From contig JAJRSC010000007.1 of NCBI GenBank assembly GCA_024278985.1, positions 1 to 29,654 of the forward strand: DNA of 29,654 nucleotides, given 5' to 3'. Shown here in pieces: positions 11,429 to 20,865 of this stretch (its first letter is position 1; every line of letters begins with the position of its first letter). A program made the translations under genes and the position numbers. The notes below the pieces were generated by a model. That model had not been told where the DNA came from, did not search any database, and was given only the letters and a program-made list of their open reading frames with translations. The stretch is from an archaeon. GTDB lineage: Archaea > AGJL01 > Methanococci > Methanococcales > Methanocaldococcaceae.

Positions 11429-12709
11429 ATGATAGAAAATTTAAAAAATTTAGAATCAGTTGCAAATAAAATTAAAAATGTTATTGATAATTATAATGGA
11501 TATATTAGAGTTATTACTCATCATGATACTGATGGCTTGAGTAGTGGAGGAATATTAGTAAAAACATTATTTAGGGCTAATAAACTTTTTCATTTAACTG
11601 TTGTAGAGCATTTAAATGATAAATTTATTGAAAATCTTGATAATAGATATTTGTATATCTTTGCTGATATGGGTTCTGGTCAGATAGAAAAAATAAGGGA
11701 AAAGAAATTAAAAGCAATAATTTTAGACCACCATCCTCCAGAAATAAAGGCAGTTGAAGTTGATAATATTATACAACTAAATCCCCACATTTTTGGAATA
11801 GATGGAGCAAAGGAAGCAACTGCAAGCTCTATATGTTATTTAGTAGCAAGAGCTTATGGATATTATGATTTATCTTCATTGGCTATTGTGGGAATGATTG
11901 GAGATATGCAATATAACCCATTTTTAGGTTTAAATAAGTTTATAGTAAATGAGGCAAGAGATAAAAGATATATTAAAATATTTAAAGATATTATTTTTAA
12001 TATATACAATGTAGAGATTTATAAAGCCATTACCTACTGTACAAAACCCTATCTTCCAGAACATTCTTCAGAGGGAAAGGTGTATAAATTTTTAAAAGAA
12101 TTAGGAATAAACCCAGAAAAAAAAGAGTTAGATGAAAAAGAGAGTAAAAAATTAGTTTCTCATTTGCTATTTTACTACCCTAATATATATGATAAGTTAA
12201 TGATAGATAGAATATTGATAAATCATAAGGTTAGTGATGCTTTTCTTTTATCAGAGATGTTAAATTCTCTTGGTAGGTTTGGAAAGTTTGGAGTTGGAAT
12301 AGGGGTATGTTTAGAGGATGATGAATGTATAAAAATAGGAAAAGAAATATTATGGAAATATAAAAAAGAACTAATAAGTGAGATAAGGTCAGTTAAATTA
12401 AAAGAATTAAAAAATATAAAATATTTTGAAGGTAAAAAAGGATATATTGGAATAATAGCTGCTATATTAGCAGTTGATAAGCCAGTTATTGGCTACTATA
12501 TAGATGGGGATGTAGCAAAGTTTTCAGCAAGAGGAAATAAGGAATTAGTTGAGAGAGGTTTAGATTTAAGTAAAGTTATGAGTTTAGCAAAAAATTTTGG
12601 AGGTACTGGAGGAGGGCATAATATTGCCTCTGGGGCAGTTGTTCCTAAGGATAAAATTTATGATTTTTTAAAGCTTATTGATGAAGTTGTAGGAAAACAA
12701 ATTATCTAA
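11429..12709 (+). CDS. RecJ-like DHH/DHHA1 phosphoesterase (ssDNA exonuclease)
   Basis: HHDTDG, DMGSG, LDHH, GMIGD, FSARG and GGGHNIASG motifs. Confidence 0.92.
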   Translation: MIENLKNLESVANKIKNVIDNYNGYIRVITHHDTDGLSSGGILVKTLFRANKLFHLTVVEHLNDKFIENLDNRYLYIFADMGSGQIEKIREKKLKAIILDHHPPEIKAVEVDNIIQLNPHIFGIDGAKEATASSICYLVARAYGYYDLSSLAIVGMIGDMQYNPFLGLNKFIVNEARDKRYIKIFKDIIFNIYNVEIYKAITYCTKPYLPEHSSEGKVYKFLKELGINPEKKELDEKESKKLVSHLLFYYPNIYDKLMIDRILINHKVSDAFLLSEMLNSLGRFGKFGVGIGVCLEDDECIKIGKEILWKYKKELISEIRSVKLKELKNIKYFEGKKGYIGIIAAILAVDKPVIGYYIDGDVAKFSARGNKELVERGLDLSKVMSLAKNFGGTGGGHNIASGAVVPKDKIYDFLKLIDEVVGKQII

Positions 12710-12724
12710 GGAAAGTTTTTATAT
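12710..12724 (+). promoter_or_regulatory. Putative BRE + TATA box for the eIF5A transcript
   Basis: GGAAAGTTTTTATAT about 45 nt upstream of the eIF5A start fits the purine-rich BRE followed by TTTATA archaeal promoter pattern. Confidence 0.55.
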
Positions 12725-12769
12725 GTAAAATCATATTAATTAATTCTAAAAATTGTTAAGGTGAAAGAC

Positions 12770-13162
12770 ATGCCTGGAACTAAGCAAGTTAATGTAGGTT
12801 CTTTAAAAGTTGGGCAGTATGTAATGATTGATGGAGTACCTTGTGAGATAGTAGATATTAGTGTTTCAAAACCAGGAAAACATGGAGGAGCAAAGGCAAG
12901 AGTTGTAGGTATTGGAATATTTGAAAAAGTTAAAAAAGAATTTGTCGCTCCAACATCAAGTAAGGTAGAAGTTCCAATAATAGACAGAAGAAGAGGGCAA
13001 GTTTTAGCAATAGTTGGAGAAACTGCTCAAATTATGGACTTAGAGACATATGAAACCTTAGAATTACCTATTCCAGAAGGTATTGAATTAGAACCTGGAG
13101 GAGAAGTTGAATATATTGAAGCTGTTGGACAATATAAAATTGTTAGAGCAATCAACAAGTAA
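12770..13162 (+). CDS. eif5a: Translation factor aIF5A (hypusinated)
   Basis: SKPGKHGGAK hypusine motif. The ORF-track GTG at 12761 lies within the AAGGTGA RBS, so ATG 12770 (MPGTK) is the likelier start. Confidence 0.96.
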   Translation: MPGTKQVNVGSLKVGQYVMIDGVPCEIVDISVSKPGKHGGAKARVVGIGIFEKVKKEFVAPTSSKVEVPIIDRRRGQVLAIVGETAQIMDLETYETLELPIPEGIELEPGGEVEYIEAVGQYKIVRAINK

Positions 13163-13165
13163 ATG

Positions 13166-13181
13166 CTTTTTACTTTTTTTT
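13166..13181 (+). terminator. Possible oligo-T terminator after eif5a
   Basis: CTTTTTACTTTTTTTT directly after the stop codon, consistent with an archaeal U-rich terminator. Confidence 0.4.
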
Positions 13182-13227
13182 GATTTAAAAAACTTTATTA
13201 TCTTATTTTATTTTTGGTGAATTTACT

Positions 13228-14040
13228 ATGGATTATAAAATGTTAGTTGATAAAAGAGGTAAAAAATATCTCTTAAAAAAGAATGTTGATAAGTTAGGGA
13301 CAGATTTGGGAGTGGTTGATTTAAAAAATAAAGAGTTGGGGAGTGTTGTTAAATCACACTTAGGACATGAGTTTTATTATATTGAGCCCACACTTTATGA
13401 CATATTAAAAAGAATGAAAAGAACAGTTACTACTCTTCTGCCCAAGGATATTGGTTTTATTATTGCAAGAGGAGGAATAAGAGAAGGAGAAACTGTTTTA
13501 GAGGCAGGAACTGGCTCAGGTGCATTGACTATTTTTTTAGCAAATGCTGTTGGTAAGAGTGGAAAAGTTATAACCTATGAAAGAAGGCCAGAATTTGCCA
13601 AAGTAGCAAGAACTAATTTATTAAAATTAGGATTAATAAAGAAAAATCAGCCAATTGTTGGATTAGATGAAGAATTTAATGATGATATTGATATTGAAGA
13701 TGGTTTATTTAATGTTATTATGAAAATTGGGGATGTTAGGGAAGGAATTGAAGAAAAAGATATTGATGTTATTGTTTTAGATATGCCAGATCCCTGGGAA
13801 GTAGTTGAACATGCAAAAGAAGCATTAAATAAAAAAAGAGGAAGAATAATAACATATCTTCCATACATAGAACAGGTAAAAAAGACTGTTGAAAAATTAA
13901 AATCTGAAGGTTTTTGGGATATTCAAACTTATGAATTAATTGAAAGGGTTATAGAAGTTTCTGAGAAAGGAGTTAGACCCTCTACAAGAATGATAGGACA
14001 TACAGGTTATATAACATTTGCAAGAGTTCCACCGAGATAA
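13228..14040 (+). CDS. trmI: tRNA (adenine-N1)-methyltransferase TrmI (m1A57/58)
   Basis: PKDIG, VLEAGTGSGALT, LDMPDPW, YLPYIEQV and RPSTRMIGHTGYI. Confidence 0.95.
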   Translation: MDYKMLVDKRGKKYLLKKNVDKLGTDLGVVDLKNKELGSVVKSHLGHEFYYIEPTLYDILKRMKRTVTTLLPKDIGFIIARGGIREGETVLEAGTGSGALTIFLANAVGKSGKVITYERRPEFAKVARTNLLKLGLIKKNQPIVGLDEEFNDDIDIEDGLFNVIMKIGDVREGIEEKDIDVIVLDMPDPWEVVEHAKEALNKKRGRIITYLPYIEQVKKTVEKLKSEGFWDIQTYELIERVIEVSEKGVRPSTRMIGHTGYITFARVPPR

Positions 14041-14042
14041 CT

Positions 14043-14393
14043 ATGTATAAAAAAGGGAGTAGATTTGAAAGAGAACTTAAGGAAATTTTAGAAAAAAATG
14101 GATATGCAGTTATAAGAAGTGCTGGAAGTAAAGGAGTTGATATAATTGCTGGAAAAAAAGGAAGATATTTAATATTTGAATGTAAAACAACATCAAAAGA
14201 TAAGTTATATATAAATAAAGAAGATATAATAAAACTTATAGCCTTTTCTGAAAAATTTGGGGGTATTCCTTATTTGGCTGTAAAAATACAAAAAACAATA
14301 ATAATTATAGATCCATATAATTTAAAGACAGATAAAAAAAGCTATGTTATAGATAAAAATATTACCTCTCTAACTATTAGAGATATTCTCTAA
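14043..14393 (+). CDS. hjc: Holliday junction resolvase Hjc
   Basis: KGSRFEREL, GYAVIRSAGS..VDIIA and FECK PD-(D/E)xK nuclease motifs. Confidence 0.95.
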   Translation: MYKKGSRFERELKEILEKNGYAVIRSAGSKGVDIIAGKKGRYLIFECKTTSKDKLYINKEDIIKLIAFSEKFGGIPYLAVKIQKTIIIIDPYNLKTDKKSYVIDKNITSLTIRDIL

Positions 14394-14801
14394 AATAAGT
14401 TTTTCTATAATTAAACAAAATAGAGCTATTTTTTTCGGTGTTGTTATTATTGAAATATGGGAATCATTATCAGTATGGAAACCTATTAATATACTTGCTA
14501 CTCTTCTTTCATCTGCTGGAAGAACACCTATAGATATCCTACCATCATAACCAAATACAGTACTTATATCAGTAATTTCCTTAATTTTTATATGGTAAAG
14601 CTTAAAATCTTTGTTTAACTTTTCAGCAGTTTTAACACCTTCCTCAAGCATCAATTTTAATAAAGCAGCTGATTCTAAATTCATACTTATCCTTTTTTCA
14701 ATATCATTAATCTTCATAATGAAAATTAATTTTCTATCTTTACAAATAACACCTAATTTCCTATTTGGTTGGTTAATTATATACAGAATCCTCACCCCCA
14801 T
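14370..14801 (-). CDS. Hypothetical protein overlapping the end of selB
   Basis: 143 aa ORF with normal composition filling the gap between selB and hjc. No family recognised; start uncertain (ATG 14801 or CTG 14786). Confidence 0.7.
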   Translation of the reverse strand: MGVRILYIINQPNRKLGVICKDRKLIFIMKINDIEKRISMNLESAALLKLMLEEGVKTAEKLNKDFKLYHIKIKEITDISTVFGYDGRISIGVLPADERRVASILIGFHTDNDSHISIITTPKKIALFCLIIEKLILENISNS

Positions 14802-16180
14802 TTTCTTAATCTCTTTAAAATAACTTCTTCTCCTCCATCTACATTTCCATTAAACTCAGCAATAACTGCTCCCTTGGTACCAAATGTTTCTTTTATAATC
14901 CCTGATATTCCTTTACTTGGAACTTCAACTTTTTCTCCTATTAATCTCTCAGCCAACTCTTTTGAATGTGCTAAGTTTTCAACAATTATTTTATTTTTTC
15001 TCTTTACTATTCTACCCTTCTTTATAATAAGTTTTTTTATTTCAGGTTTTTCAAAATCTATAACTTCTCCAAAACCTGCAATTCTTAGAGTTGTTGCTGG
15101 TAAGTCTAACCTTAAAATTAGAACTTTTTCTCCTTTTTCAACAACAACTTTTTTATCTAACTTTATATAACAATAACATTCATATCCTGCTTTGACCTCA
15201 TTTAAAATTAAATTTTCTTCTTTATTGTCAATGATTTCCTTTTTAAATGGGACTAAACTACCAGAAACAGTAAGTAATCCAATATTTATATGAACCTTCA
15301 TTTTAGGAGTTAAGGTATATTTAAAGATATCAACAACCTTTATTTTTGCTATGAGTTCATCAACTAATTTAAGTTTTGTATCTTTTGAAGTTAAAATACA
15401 TCCTCTAAATAAACTCTCTGGCTCAACACCCATTAAATTAACTCCTACTCTATCTCCAGCTTTTGCCTCTTTAACATCCTTTTTAAAGCATTGTATTGAT
15501 TTAACTTTAACCTCTTGATTTATGGGAAGGACTATTAAAGAATCGCCAACTTTCATTTTTCCCTTATGAATTGTTCCAGTAACTACTGTTCCAATACCTT
15601 TAATTTTAAATGCATGGTCAATAGGCATTTTTAAAAAACTATCTACATCTCTAACTATCTCTATACTATTAAGTGTTTCCTTAATTACTTTCTTTAATTT
15701 ATCAATATTTTCTCCTGTTTTTGCAGAAATTTTTATTATTTTACTATTTTTAAGGTTTTTAGTTGATAATAAAATAGATTTTAAAAGTTTTTCAGTCCTA
15801 TCAACTTCTTCCTCACTTGCTATATCTATCTTATTAATAACAACAATGGTAGGAATATTTAACAAATCTAGAACAATTAAATGCTCTCCTGTCTGTGTTT
15901 TTGGTCCTTCTCTGGCATCTACAACTAATAAAGCCAAATCTATTATTTTACTTGCACCTATTGCTGTCCTTATTAATTCTGAATGTCCAGGAGCATCAAC
16001 TAAAGTAATATTATAATTGCCTAACTTAAAAGATGAAAATCCCAAATCAATAGTAATTCCTCTCTCCTTTGACTCTTTTGGTTTATCCAATGCAGAGGTG
16101 GAAATAACTTCACTCAATCTTTTAGCTAATTCTGTTTTTCCATGGTCAATATGTCCAAACAAACCAATATTTATATTCAT
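14792..16180 (-). CDS. selB: Selenocysteine-specific translation elongation factor SelB (archaeal type)
   Basis: GHIDHGKT, RGITIDLGF, DAPGH, NKID and SAKTG GTPase motifs; C-terminal GIIKETFGTKG domain IV. Start placed at ATG 16180 (MNINIG), after AGGGA RBS and the rnp2 stop. Confidence 0.95.
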   Translation of the reverse strand: MNINIGLFGHIDHGKTELAKRLSEVISTSALDKPKESKERGITIDLGFSSFKLGNYNITLVDAPGHSELIRTAIGASKIIDLALLVVDAREGPKTQTGEHLIVLDLLNIPTIVVINKIDIASEEEVDRTEKLLKSILLSTKNLKNSKIIKISAKTGENIDKLKKVIKETLNSIEIVRDVDSFLKMPIDHAFKIKGIGTVVTGTIHKGKMKVGDSLIVLPINQEVKVKSIQCFKKDVKEAKAGDRVGVNLMGVEPESLFRGCILTSKDTKLKLVDELIAKIKVVDIFKYTLTPKMKVHINIGLLTVSGSLVPFKKEIIDNKEENLILNEVKAGYECYCYIKLDKKVVVEKGEKVLILRLDLPATTLRIAGFGEVIDFEKPEIKKLIIKKGRIVKRKNKIIVENLAHSKELAERLIGEKVEVPSKGISGIIKETFGTKGAVIAEFNGNVDGGEEVILKRLRKWG

Positions 16181-16182
16181 AG

Positions 16183-16563
16183 TTATCCCTTTAATCTCTT
16201 CAATATATACCATCTTACTGGTTTAATTTTTAAAAACTTAATTTTAGCCTTTCTTATAGTCCCTGAGACTCCAAGGCAAATAATATTAATTGGTTTTTCT
16301 TTATATTCTCTAACTAAAATTAAGGATGACTTAACAAAATCAACATTGTCCCTCTGACATCTAACAATTCCATAAGGATAATTATAATAAACTAACCAAG
16401 GATTTGCTTTTGATGTTCCCCAATATCCATAGTAGCTAAGAACTGATTTTCTGATTAAGCTAACTATTTCTCCCTCAGAAATTTCTTCATCATAAATAAT
16501 TTTAAATGCAATATATCTTTTTTTTTCCCTTAAAGTAGGTGGCAGTGTTTTTAATGTTGTCAT
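16183..16563 (-). CDS. rnp2: Ribonuclease P protein component 2 (Pop5/Rpp14)
   Basis: LPPTLREKKRYIAF, GIVRC and LGVSGTIRKA. Confidence 0.94.
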   Translation of the reverse strand: MTTLKTLPPTLREKKRYIAFKIIYDEEISEGEIVSLIRKSVLSYYGYWGTSKANPWLVYYNYPYGIVRCQRDNVDFVKSSLILVREYKEKPINIICLGVSGTIRKAKIKFLKIKPVRWYILKRLKG

Positions 16564-16603
16564 AATATCTCACATCTTTAATATAATAAAAAATAGATAT
16601 ATT

Positions 16604-17374
16604 TTAATACTTAACACCTTTAATAATAAACCTTATTCTCTTTCCAGTTGTTATCATATCTATTAAAACATCATCATAAAAATCTTTCATATGATTAATT
16701 ACTATCTCTCTTCTTCTCTCTGGCTTTTTTGGGAGCATAATAGAGAGAATACCCTTATCTATAAAATCAACACTTTCCTCTATTAATTTTAAACTAAATT
16801 TTTCTCCAAACTTTCCACCACCTACTAATTCATGAATCTTAGCTAATGCTCCTCCAAATTTTCTACCTGATGGGATAGAGTTGGAAGAATAATAAGGAGG
16901 GTAAGAGATAATAAGATTAAACTTTTTATTTTCAATTTCTTTAATACCTCTTAATATTTTTCCATTGGAATATATTATTTTAACATTTAAATTATTTTTT
17001 TCTAAGTTTCTTTTAAAAAGATTAATTAAGTCTTTATCTACTTCTGTAGCATAAACCTCTGAATTATAGAGTTTTTTTATTAGAATAGATATAATCCCAC
17101 TACCCCCACCAACTTCCAAAACTTTTGGATTTTTAATATTCAATTTATTCAAGGTGTCAAAAGATGACTTAACAAATAGATACCTCCCAATAGCTGGAGG
17201 TGTTAAATGTTCCTTACTAAAATCCATATCAATGTTAAATAAACCTTTTAAAACAGCTTTGTTATACTCAATTAAAGCTTCTTTATTTTTAAAATCTATT
17301 TTGTTATTTACAACATATTTTTTTAAATTAGGATTGTATTTTATAGCATCAACTATTTTTATTCCTTCAATCAT
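16604..17374 (-). CDS. RlmF/METTL16-related SAM-dependent methyltransferase
   Basis: IDFKNKEALIEYNKAVLK, HLTPP..GRY, LEVGGGSG, ATEVD and SYPPYY, resembling the RlmF-family N-terminus and NPPY-type motif IV. Confidence 0.78.
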   Translation of the reverse strand: MIEGIKIVDAIKYNPNLKKYVVNNKIDFKNKEALIEYNKAVLKGLFNIDMDFSKEHLTPPAIGRYLFVKSSFDTLNKLNIKNPKVLEVGGGSGIISILIKKLYNSEVYATEVDKDLINLFKRNLEKNNLNVKIIYSNGKILRGIKEIENKKFNLIISYPPYYSSNSIPSGRKFGGALAKIHELVGGGKFGEKFSLKLIEESVDFIDKGILSIMLPKKPERRREIVINHMKDFYDDVLIDMITTGKRIRFIIKGVKY

Positions 17375-17378
17375 GTTT

Positions 17379-17639
17379 TTACCTTTGCTTTAGTCTTTTA
17401 CATATCTCTTTTAAAAGAGTTAATTTTTTTCCAGTATAATTTACTTCAACACAACCACAAACATCCCAGTGTTGTCTTGGATAACACTTATCTCTGTAAA
17501 TTTTTACTTCATAACCCATATTTTTTAAAACTTTTGCTATTTTATCAACTCTTGGGTTGTAGATTGCTATATTTTTTGGAACTTTTCTACCTTCAGCTCT
17601 TGTTTTTTCTTTATCAATATAAGCAGGCCAGATAATCAT
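17379..17639 (-). CDS. srp19: Signal recognition particle 19 kDa protein
   Basis: MIIWPAYID..KTRAEGRKVPK and DKCYPR. ATG 17639 overlaps the corA stop (TAATG). Confidence 0.95.
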   Translation of the reverse strand: MIIWPAYIDKEKTRAEGRKVPKNIAIYNPRVDKIAKVLKNMGYEVKIYRDKCYPRQHWDVCGCVEVNYTGKKLTLLKEICKRLKQR

Positions 17640-18586
17640 TATAACCACCTTGATTTTTTAAATATATACCCATTGATTAATATAATCATAACCATAAATC
17701 CAAAAACTAACCAAAAACCTTCAGGTGAATTAATTAAAGGCATATATTGAAAGTTCATTCCAAAAATTCCAGTTATCCACATTGGTATAGCAAAAATTGT
17801 GGTAACCATTGTTAAAATCTTCATTATTTGGTTCATCTTTATATTCTCCAATGATATGGCTGTATCTATTATAGAGGATAGAAACTCTCTATATGTTGAA
17901 CTCGTATCTATAAGTTGTAGGGTATCATAGTATAAATCTTCAAAGTTTTCCTTATCTTCTTTTGATATTATAGGAATATATTTTCTTTTTAAAAGTATAA
18001 GAACATCTCTATTACCTATTAAAGATTTATGAAAGTAAATTAATGTTTTTCTAAGAGTTAAAATTTCTTCTAAAGTTTTCTGATTAAAGCCAATAATTAT
18101 ACTATCTTCTAAATATTCAATTTTATCCTCCAAGTTTAATAATATTCTTGAGTAACTTCTTGTAATTTCATTTAATAGATTATATAAAAGGACACCCTGA
18201 CTTTCAAAAAGATTTATTGGTTTTTTTTCTTTTATAATTCTATGTAATCTCCCAATAGCTTTAATTTTATCGGTATGAACAGTTAAAAAAATGTTATCTT
18301 TAATAAAAATTCCTAAGGAGGTGGTTATAATCTCTTCCTCTAAGAGTGGAGATTTATAGATTATTAAATAATAATCTTCATCTTCCTCAATTCTTGGGAC
18401 TTCTTGCTCATCTAAAACATTTTTTATATCATGAATATCAATATTTACCTTCTTAGATAATTTGTATACTTCTTCATCTTTAGGATTAAAACAATCAATC
18501 CAAACAATTTTAAAATTATCAAAATTATCCTCTAATGATAATTCAACAATATCATTATTATATGAAAAGCCAATAATTTTTATCAT
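17639..18586 (-). CDS. corA: Magnesium/cobalt transporter CorA
   Basis: MNQIMKILT, GIFGMNF..MP (GMN signature) and two C-terminal TM helices. Confidence 0.96.
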   Translation of the reverse strand: MIKIIGFSYNNDIVELSLEDNFDNFKIVWIDCFNPKDEEVYKLSKKVNIDIHDIKNVLDEQEVPRIEEDEDYYLIIYKSPLLEEEIITTSLGIFIKDNIFLTVHTDKIKAIGRLHRIIKEKKPINLFESQGVLLYNLLNEITRSYSRILLNLEDKIEYLEDSIIIGFNQKTLEEILTLRKTLIYFHKSLIGNRDVLILLKRKYIPIISKEDKENFEDLYYDTLQLIDTSSTYREFLSSIIDTAISLENIKMNQIMKILTMVTTIFAIPMWITGIFGMNFQYMPLINSPEGFWLVFGFMVMIILINGYIFKKSRWL

Positions 18587-18796
18587 ACTTCTACCTAATT
18601 ATAAGTTAATTATTTTGAGTTATGTTTGTAATAGAAATTTTGTAAAAATATATATTATTTTTAATAGTTATTATTTATTGGATGAGTTAAATCCTATATT
18701 AAATAAATTTAAAATTATAAAGCTATGGAAATTTATTATATTTTTATGTGTAGTTTAAACAACAATATAGTTTTTTATTATAAAGGGGATTGTTAT

Positions 18797-19183
18797 ATGA
18801 GAGATGAGATGTTCGAGAGATTATTAGAAACAATTGAAGAATTAAAAATAGAAGCTGAAGATAAGCCTATAATTGTTGAAGGAAAAAAAGATGTGATAAG
18901 TTTAGAGAAACTTGGAGTTGTAGGAGAATTTATAATAATTGGAAAACTACCCATTTATATTATTGCTGATGAATTAATTAAAAGAAGAACTAAAGAGGTT
19001 ATTTTATTAACTGACTATGATAGAAGAGGAAGATTATTGGCTAAGGCAATTGTTGAGGAATTTAGAAGTAGAGGAATTAAGGTTAATACAAAAATAAGAA
19101 AAGAAATATTTATATATACTGGTTCAGGAATTAGGGACATTGAGAGTTTATTTAACTATGTTAATAAAAGATTAATTTATTAG
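18797..19183 (+). CDS. Stand-alone Toprim-domain protein (UPF0292 / RNase M5-like)
   Basis: IIVEGKKD and ILLTDYDRRG Toprim motifs. ATG 18797 follows AAAGGGGA RBS, so the upstream extension in the ORF track is unlikely. Confidence 0.88.
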   Translation: MRDEMFERLLETIEELKIEAEDKPIIVEGKKDVISLEKLGVVGEFIIIGKLPIYIIADELIKRRTKEVILLTDYDRRGRLLAKAIVEEFRSRGIKVNTKIRKEIFIYTGSGIRDIESLFNYVNKRLIY

Positions 19184-19193
19184 AGGTATTGAA

Positions 19194-19835
19194 ATGCTAA
19201 ATATCGGAATACTATCAGATGGTAGATTTGGAGAAAGAACATATAACACCTTAAGTAAAAAATTTCCAACTGATTTTATTATAGTTGAATATTCAGGAGA
19301 TTTAGATGATATTACAATATCTGATAAAACTCTAAAAAAATTAAAAGATTATAATCTTTTCATTACCTACTTAAATCCAGATATAACTTATAAAATTGTG
19401 GAAACTTTAAAGGATATAAATCCAGATGCCTTTATTATTGTTGGAATGTGGAAAGGAATAGGATTTAAAAAACAGATTGAGAAATTTGGTAATTGTTACT
19501 GTCCAGAACTTTTATGTGAAATTGATGAAAAAGAATTAAATATTTTTTTGAATAAATATATTCAACTAAAAGAATTTTTAAAATATTTTGGAAGGCCAAA
19601 AGTTAAACTTATCTTGAAGGATAATAAAATTGTTGATTATAAAATTATAAGAGAAAGTCCTTGTGGTTCAACTGAAAACACATTAAAAGAGTTTTTAAAT
19701 AAAGATTTTGATAAAATTAAGATGGGCTTAAGATTACAGCATTTTTGTAGAGCTGGAAAATTAGATTTATTTAAAGAAAGAGAATGTAAGAAAGTAAAAG
19801 CAGGGAAAATATTTATTGAAGGACTTGAAATTTAA
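19194..19835 (+). CDS. DUF166-like Cys-containing hypothetical protein
   Basis: SDGRFGER, CPELLC, FGRPKV, RESPCGST and HFCRA; family call from recalled similarity. Confidence 0.72.
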   Translation: MLNIGILSDGRFGERTYNTLSKKFPTDFIIVEYSGDLDDITISDKTLKKLKDYNLFITYLNPDITYKIVETLKDINPDAFIIVGMWKGIGFKKQIEKFGNCYCPELLCEIDEKELNIFLNKYIQLKEFLKYFGRPKVKLILKDNKIVDYKIIRESPCGSTENTLKEFLNKDFDKIKMGLRLQHFCRAGKLDLFKERECKKVKAGKIFIEGLEI

Positions 19836-20844
19836 TTCCATGTCCAAATAAAAACAACAATCCAGAAGCATTTATTTTTTTAGACTTATGAGTTATTTTA
19901 TCTCCTCCAATTTTAATTTTAAATTTTTTATTGTCTAAAATTTCAACATTGTAATAAATTTTATTAAACTTTTCATAAACAGCATCTTCTAAGGGATTAA
20001 ACTTTTTAAGTTCTTCATATGATAGTTCTTTAACAATAAAACCAGTATATCCATGTAAAGAGTTAATAACTCTTAATAATCTTATATCATCTTCTATAAC
20101 ACTTTTATCTAACTCTAAATTTTTTAATTCATTAATAATTTTTTTTATCTTTTCTTTACTTTTATATTTATTTATTAACTTCTCTAAATTTTTCTCTCTT
20201 AAAAATTGGTTATATTTTTTCTCACTTTTTATAATTCCTCTTTTTTTAAGTTCTTTTGCTATTCTTCTTCTCCAGCCAGAACCAACATTCTTTAAAGTTA
20301 AATTTTTCCCTAAAAAATAGTTTAATAAAAATCTCCTATCCTCCTTATTAAAACTCTCTAATACATCTAAATATTTTTTTGGTTTTAAATATATATGGTA
20401 TCCTCTATTTCCACTAAATACTATTTTTATGTCATCTTCTTCAAATCCAAAATCTGGAAAAAGAAACTCCTCTATTATATACAAAGCCTGTTTTTTTCCT
20501 TTTTCTAAACATTTTTCACATATCCAGTTATCATCATGAGAACATTTTTCAGTTTTATGAACATCAATATCAAATGCTATCTCTCTTCTAAAAATCTCTT
20601 TATTTTCTGCTCCTCCAGAATTGGAAGGATATTTCATATAAGCCAAAGATTTATAGAGATGATAAGGAACAGTATAAAGAATCCAATTTTTATATTCTTT
20701 CTCATTTTTAAAAGAGATATTCCTATCATCAACCTTTTTATATTTTCCATATCCAAATTCTCTATACTCTATACAATCTGGGACTTCAATTTTGTTTATA
20801 TTTTCTATATAATACAATCTATAAAGATTTTCCACAATATTCAT
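19813..20844 (-). CDS. priS: DNA primase catalytic small subunit
   Basis: YREFG, EIAFDID, C.H....C..C zinc site, FSGNRGYH and RLLRVINSLHG. Start is ATG 20844 or TTG 20853. Confidence 0.95.
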   Translation of the reverse strand: MNIVENLYRLYYIENINKIEVPDCIEYREFGYGKYKKVDDRNISFKNEKEYKNWILYTVPYHLYKSLAYMKYPSNSGGAENKEIFRREIAFDIDVHKTEKCSHDDNWICEKCLEKGKKQALYIIEEFLFPDFGFEEDDIKIVFSGNRGYHIYLKPKKYLDVLESFNKEDRRFLLNYFLGKNLTLKNVGSGWRRRIAKELKKRGIIKSEKKYNQFLREKNLEKLINKYKSKEKIKKIINELKNLELDKSVIEDDIRLLRVINSLHGYTGFIVKELSYEELKKFNPLEDAVYEKFNKIYYNVEILDNKKFKIKIGGDKITHKSKKINASGLLFLFGHGIKFQVLQ

Positions 20845-20865
20845 AATTATCAACTTTAAAAAATA

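Noticed and set aside
18587-18796. Long AT-rich intergenic stretch as a replication origin or small gene
   Set aside because: No repeated ORB-like motifs and no adjacent cdc6/orc1. It is adequately explained as a divergent promoter region.
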